Below are positions 59,483-64,000 of a stretch of 64,000 nucleotides of DNA, one piece after another. The stretch is from the human T2T-CHM13v2.0 reference genome, Homo sapiens: the NCBI RefSeq assembly GCF_009914755.1, contig NC_060929.1; one strand, written 5' to 3'. The number at the start of each line of letters is the position of its first letter. The first letter of the stretch is position 1. A program made the position numbers and the translations under genes. The notes beneath the pieces were generated by a model that searched no databases, was not told the origin of the DNA, and saw only the letters and a program-made list of their open reading frames with translations.

Positions 59483-62009
59483 GTATTGAGCCCACTATTA
59501 AACAACCTTTAAGATGAACTGTGTTTACTTTCTACTGTATTTAGTCCATGTGGACATAAATAGATGAGTGTGCTTTAAAACCAAAAATTGTTTTTGTCAT
59601 TGGTTTGGTTTGTTTTTAAATCATCGGTTTGGAATTACTTACTCAAGCCTTGTAACATCAAGCAGGACTATCTTTTTTATTGTGTATCTCTTCTGTCTCT
59701 TTCCTTTGGAAAGTACAATATGTTAACTCCCATTTTCTGGCCTTATTCTTTCCTGAATCTCAAAGAAAATTATTTTGAGAATACATATTAAGCCACTCTT
59801 CATTCTAGGTGATATCTTTCTATGAGTTTTCATCCTTATAAACATACAGACTTAATCATTTTCACCAAAAGTGGAGTGTCATTCTTTGTCACGCTTTCTA
59901 ATATTTATTCTTTCCAATGTAAATTACATGTTTTTCCCTGAAGTAAAAGCCCATCGCCAAAATTGATTTGTGGGTTTTAGTGTGTTTTATGTTTTTAATC
60001 TCAAAGAGGTCATCTTGTTCTTTTTAAAAAAGTACCTCCCTTCTTCTTTTTTTGTTTTTATTCTGTAGTCTTCAGTCCATGTGACCCAGCTGATATTGAC
60101 TGGTTCTGAATAAAGGCCCTGAAGGGCAAGGTCGTGCAGGCTCCTTGGGAGAGAACAGAACTGCAGATAGAGAGCAGAGGGGACAGAGGCCAGCAGAGAC
60201 CTGTGTCGGACAGAAGAGGGCACCAGCAAACTGACCTACTCACCCCAGCTGCTGACCCCCACTTCGACCTGGGATCAAACCAGCAGCTGAGCACAATAGA
60301 TAGGCTGGGTTCTTTTTGGAAAACAAAATTTTCCTGGAACATGAGTATGTCTAAACTAACTAATCAAAATGAAAGAAATATATGTCTTAGTATACCTTTT
60401 CATGATTTGATAATTGGCCGTTTTCAAGAACATAATGAAAACTCAGCTGTCCCACTAAAATAATTATCACCAAGGAGGGGCAGTTACCGAAAGATAAACA
60501 ATTCCTTTGAAAACTAAATAAATTATCTATCAAACTGTTACTCTATCTATAACTTTAAAAGAAAAAAGTCATCTGGGCAGAATTATTGGCTTCACATCTT
60601 CAAATGTGTTCTACTTTGTTTAACAAATTGAAGTTTCAATGAGTTCTTTTGGTTTGCCAGGATTGAAGCAGATTTAAAGTAGGTTTGTTGTCAAATCAGC
60701 GTATGGGTCTCTATCTCACACCTAGGCTTCCATTATCACACAATGATGAGCACTCTCTTCCCACCACCTCCATATAAACGCTTAAACACATCCCTTCCCT
60801 GCATACTTCCCACTGCCCACACCCGTGTAGTAATTTATATGCCACTTTCCCCAGAACTCCCTCCATTCTAGTAGGAAGCATTTAGACTTACAAAGTGATT
60901 GAGGTGGAGGAAGTTCTTCCAAAGTGCAATTCATGTGTCTTTAAAAAAAAAAAAATTAAACACTATAAAGTAGGAGAAGCAAAACAGAATTTGCGGTTAG
61001 TTCCTGTAATATGTTAAACATCTGCAGTTTTGTCTCTTCATCGGGATGCGGGGTTGTGCTGTAGTCACATCCTGATAACATCTGCACATTACTGATAGCT
61101 TTTGCTTTATTCTTTATGGTCTGCTGATGAGAGATTCTTTAACATTCCTTCAGTCATCAAGACCCCAGTTGGATTTCTTTGCTTGTGACAGCCTTAAAGG
61201 TGGTTTCATTTACATTTGCTAAAATGTCACAATATAGGAAGATATTTTCAGTTTGATGTTTCATCCCTTCCTTTTTTTATCCGGATGCTAGTTTTAGCTT
61301 TTCAAATGAATGTCGAACTCAAAATAGATTTTCCATGAAATATATTTTGTCTGATTTTTGGAACACCATGTCTGCAGCAGAAGACTTTTTTTTTTTTTCC
61401 AAAAAAGTTTTCAATAAGGAATGGCACCTCTCTACTCCTGCTTGCATTGCAACAACAGCTACCATGCCATGAAAGGGCTAGCTTGTTTAACATCCAGTAA
61501 CACAGAATGTACGACTAGTTTAAAGGTCAGGTACTGACAGGATGGGAGCTGTTTTTGCTTCCCTAATGACCCCAATTACATCAGAGCTGAGCAAATAGTC
61601 AATAAACAGTGGCACTAACATATGTAGAAAAATTGTTTATTTCACATTTCCAAGACAATTAGCAATCCCGTCTCTGGTTCCAGAAAGACTTTGAGATCCT
61701 AGAGGTTTTAAATAAATGAGACCATGAAAAGTAATATAGAATATTCATGTAAATAATCTTGGGCTATATGAAAGCATTATTTATATTGCTGAATACATTT
61801 TTCTTGATGTAGCAAGCGAGTGGTCAATGGCAATACATAAGACAACTGTAAAGAGCTCTATAAACAATAAATTTTAAAAAGATTAATTGGTTTTGAGAGT
61901 TAATTTTCTTGAACAATTTAGTGGAGATTTTTCGTTACCCACTTGGGATTCATAGAGTTGAATAAGAGCTTTCACTGACATTCATTTTTAAAGATGAGAT
62001 GAGAAAACA

Positions 62010-62529
62010 TTTTTTTTCCATTTTATAATATTTGGAGATTTTTATATATTGTATTGATTTCTAATGTAATTCTATTGCAGGAGAATACTCAATAAGATTT
62101 CCTTTTTTAAAAAATTTGTTGAGACTTCTTTTGGTCTATCCTGTTGCCTATATTGGTGAATTTCTCATGTAAACCTGAAAAGAACGTGTATTTTGCAGTG
62201 TTGGGTGAAATGTTCTGTAAATGTTATTTAGGCCAGATATGTTGACAGTACTGTTCAAATTTTCTATCTCTTTATCAATATTCTTTGTGTGGATAGTCCA
62301 TCAAGTACTAATAGTAGTGTTAAAAATGCCCAACTGTGATTACTGATTTGAGAATATCTTGTTTTGCTTCACAGATTTTGAAACTTTTTTTATTAGGCAC
62401 ATACACATTTAAGATACGTCTTCCTGATGAATTGACCCTTTTATCATTATGAAGTGTCCTCTTTATTTCTGGCAATTTTCCTTGTCTGGAGGTCTACTTC
62501 GTCTGATATTAATATAACCACACCAGCTA
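62010..62529 (-). mobile_element. Ancient L1M ORF2 endonuclease-region fragment
   Basis: GAAAAGAACGTGTATTTTGCAG..ATGAATTGACCCTTTTATCATTATGAAGTGTCC..TCTGATATTAATATAACCACACCAGCT. Confidence 0.85.
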
Positions 62530-62845
62530 GGAAACACAGATTTTTTTTCAAGTGTCTGGCTACATTTGTGGGTCAAATATTTAAGAAAGAGTGCATCAGC
62601 TTACCTGACAGCTTGCATTCCCATAAATATCAACCACAAGAGAGAGTTTATCGTTTCTCATGGGTAAGCCATAGCCTTCTGAGACAGGGGCAATGAAGGA
62701 AAGAGAAATTAAATGAAATGGAAAAAATGAGTTAGAATGTGACACAAAATAAATCAGAATATAATTTTTATTACTTAGAAAATTCAGATCTGTAATTTTT
62801 AGAAGTATTTTAATATTTACTGAAAATTTCTACTTCACTATCAGC

Positions 62846-63278
62846 TGTAGGGGATTGAACAGTATCCTCCAAAAATTTATATCCACCCAGAACCTCTGAG
62901 TGTGACCTTATTTGGAAATACGGTTTTATAGATATAATTAAGTTAAAATGAGAACATACTGGATTAGGGTGAACCTAAGTCCAATGACTAGTATCCTTAT
63001 AAGACAGACACACAGAGACATGCACAGAAAAGAAAGCCATCTGAAGATGGAGGCAGAGATCACAGCGATGAAGCTACAACCCAAGGAACATCAGAAACTC
63101 AGAGAGTGGCAAGAAAGAATTCTTCTCTAGAGCATTTAGATGGAGCATGGCTCTGTCAACACCTTGATTTTTGAACATCTAACCTCCCAAGCTGTGAGAG
63201 AATAAATGTCTGTTGTTATAACCCACCTAGTTTGTCATATTTTTTGTGGCAGCCCTATGAGTGCCCTGAAAACTATCA
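62846..63278 (+). mobile_element. MaLR solo LTR, MLT1B-like
   Basis: CAGAACCTC..GTGACCTTATTTGGAAATA..GGATTAGGGTG..GAAGATGGAGGCAGAGAT..ACACCTTGATTT..CTGTGAGAGAATAAAT. Confidence 0.9.
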
Positions 63279-63303
63279 GTTATCTCAATTAACAAAATTC
63301 TAT

Positions 63304-63454
63304 TGTATTAGTCAGCTTGAACTGTCATAACAAAATACTACAGACTGGATGGCTTAAACAATGGGAATTTTTCTCTCACAGTTCTGGAGGCTGGGAAGTC
63401 CAAAATCAAGGTGCAAGACAATTCATTTCTCTGATGACGGTGTTCTTCCTGGCA
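63304..63454 (-). mobile_element. MaLR LTR 3' fragment, MLT1A-like
   Basis: TGTATTAGTC..ATAACAAAATACTACAGACTGG..CTCACAGTTCTGGAGGCTGGGAAGTCCAAAATCAAGGTG. Confidence 0.88.
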
Positions 63455-64000
63455 CATAGCTGGCTCCCACACAAAGGCCTCAGAGTTGTCAGCAATATCC
63501 TCATCATTGATGTCCATGCCATACCATGTGCCTCTCTGGGCATGCTATGCCCACAGCTTGTTGAGAATGTTTGTGGTATCAAAGCCAGTATTGTCACTTA
63601 GCTGCCATGGGATAATCTCCAAAGCCTTAGCATACCCCCCACTCTAGCTGCTGTGTTCCTGGAATAGTCCTTGCTAATCCCATAGGTACTTGGAGAGCTT
63701 TATCTCAATAGCCCCACCACCAGCCACCACCAAATCATTTTCAATGGCCCTCCTGACAATCATGATGGAATTAGGCATGAACTGTTCTGTCTCCTCCATA
63801 AGTTGTGGCATCACTGTGGAGGATAAAGGTGCATGTGTTGTCCTTGGGAGGCCAGTAAAGAAATTGTGCCTCTCACTTCCAGTCAGGGTCTCCTCAAACA
63901 CCTGGCAGCTGCCCAGCATGTCATGTCTGCTGACAGAGCATTCACAATGGTCTGGATTAACCCTCTGTAGACCATCATTGTCCTACTCAGATCCTTCTCA
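63455..64000 (-). pseudogene. CCT7: Processed pseudogene of CCT7 (TCP-1 eta chaperonin subunit); continues beyond the right edge and lacks its 3' end
   Basis: The - strand reads [20 protein letters not shown] / [18 protein letters not shown] / [31 protein letters not shown] / [44 protein letters not shown]. It is colinear with CCT7 and uninterrupted, with stops and frameshifts. Confidence 0.95.

Overview
Primate (human-type) AT-rich, repeat-dense, apparently intergenic or intronic DNA. I find no intact protein-coding gene, RNA gene or CRISPR array. Positions 1-3789 are the 3' portion of a defective HERV-H provirus (+ strand) with gag zinc knuckles, dead pro, RT lacking YxDD, integrase and env remnants, and an LTR7B-type 3' LTR. 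It sits in the 3' end of a near-full-length older L1PA (- strand, 3790-9849). The middle holds about ten Alus, MIR/L2/L1M fragments, an ERVL pol fossil, STRs and several repeat-free, motif-dense stretches that look like enhancers. A second, older, near-full-length L1MA (- strand, 43061-51005) keeps its TSD and carries two internal duplications. The window ends with two MLT1 LTRs and a CCT7 processed pseudogene (- strand) that lacks its 3' end. I cannot support a wholly new biological system. The best leads are a possible LTR7B/HERV-H-driven spliced lncRNA, candidate developmental enhancers, and several template-switch or fold-back fossils. Repeat subfamily calls come from remembered consensus sequences and were not computed.
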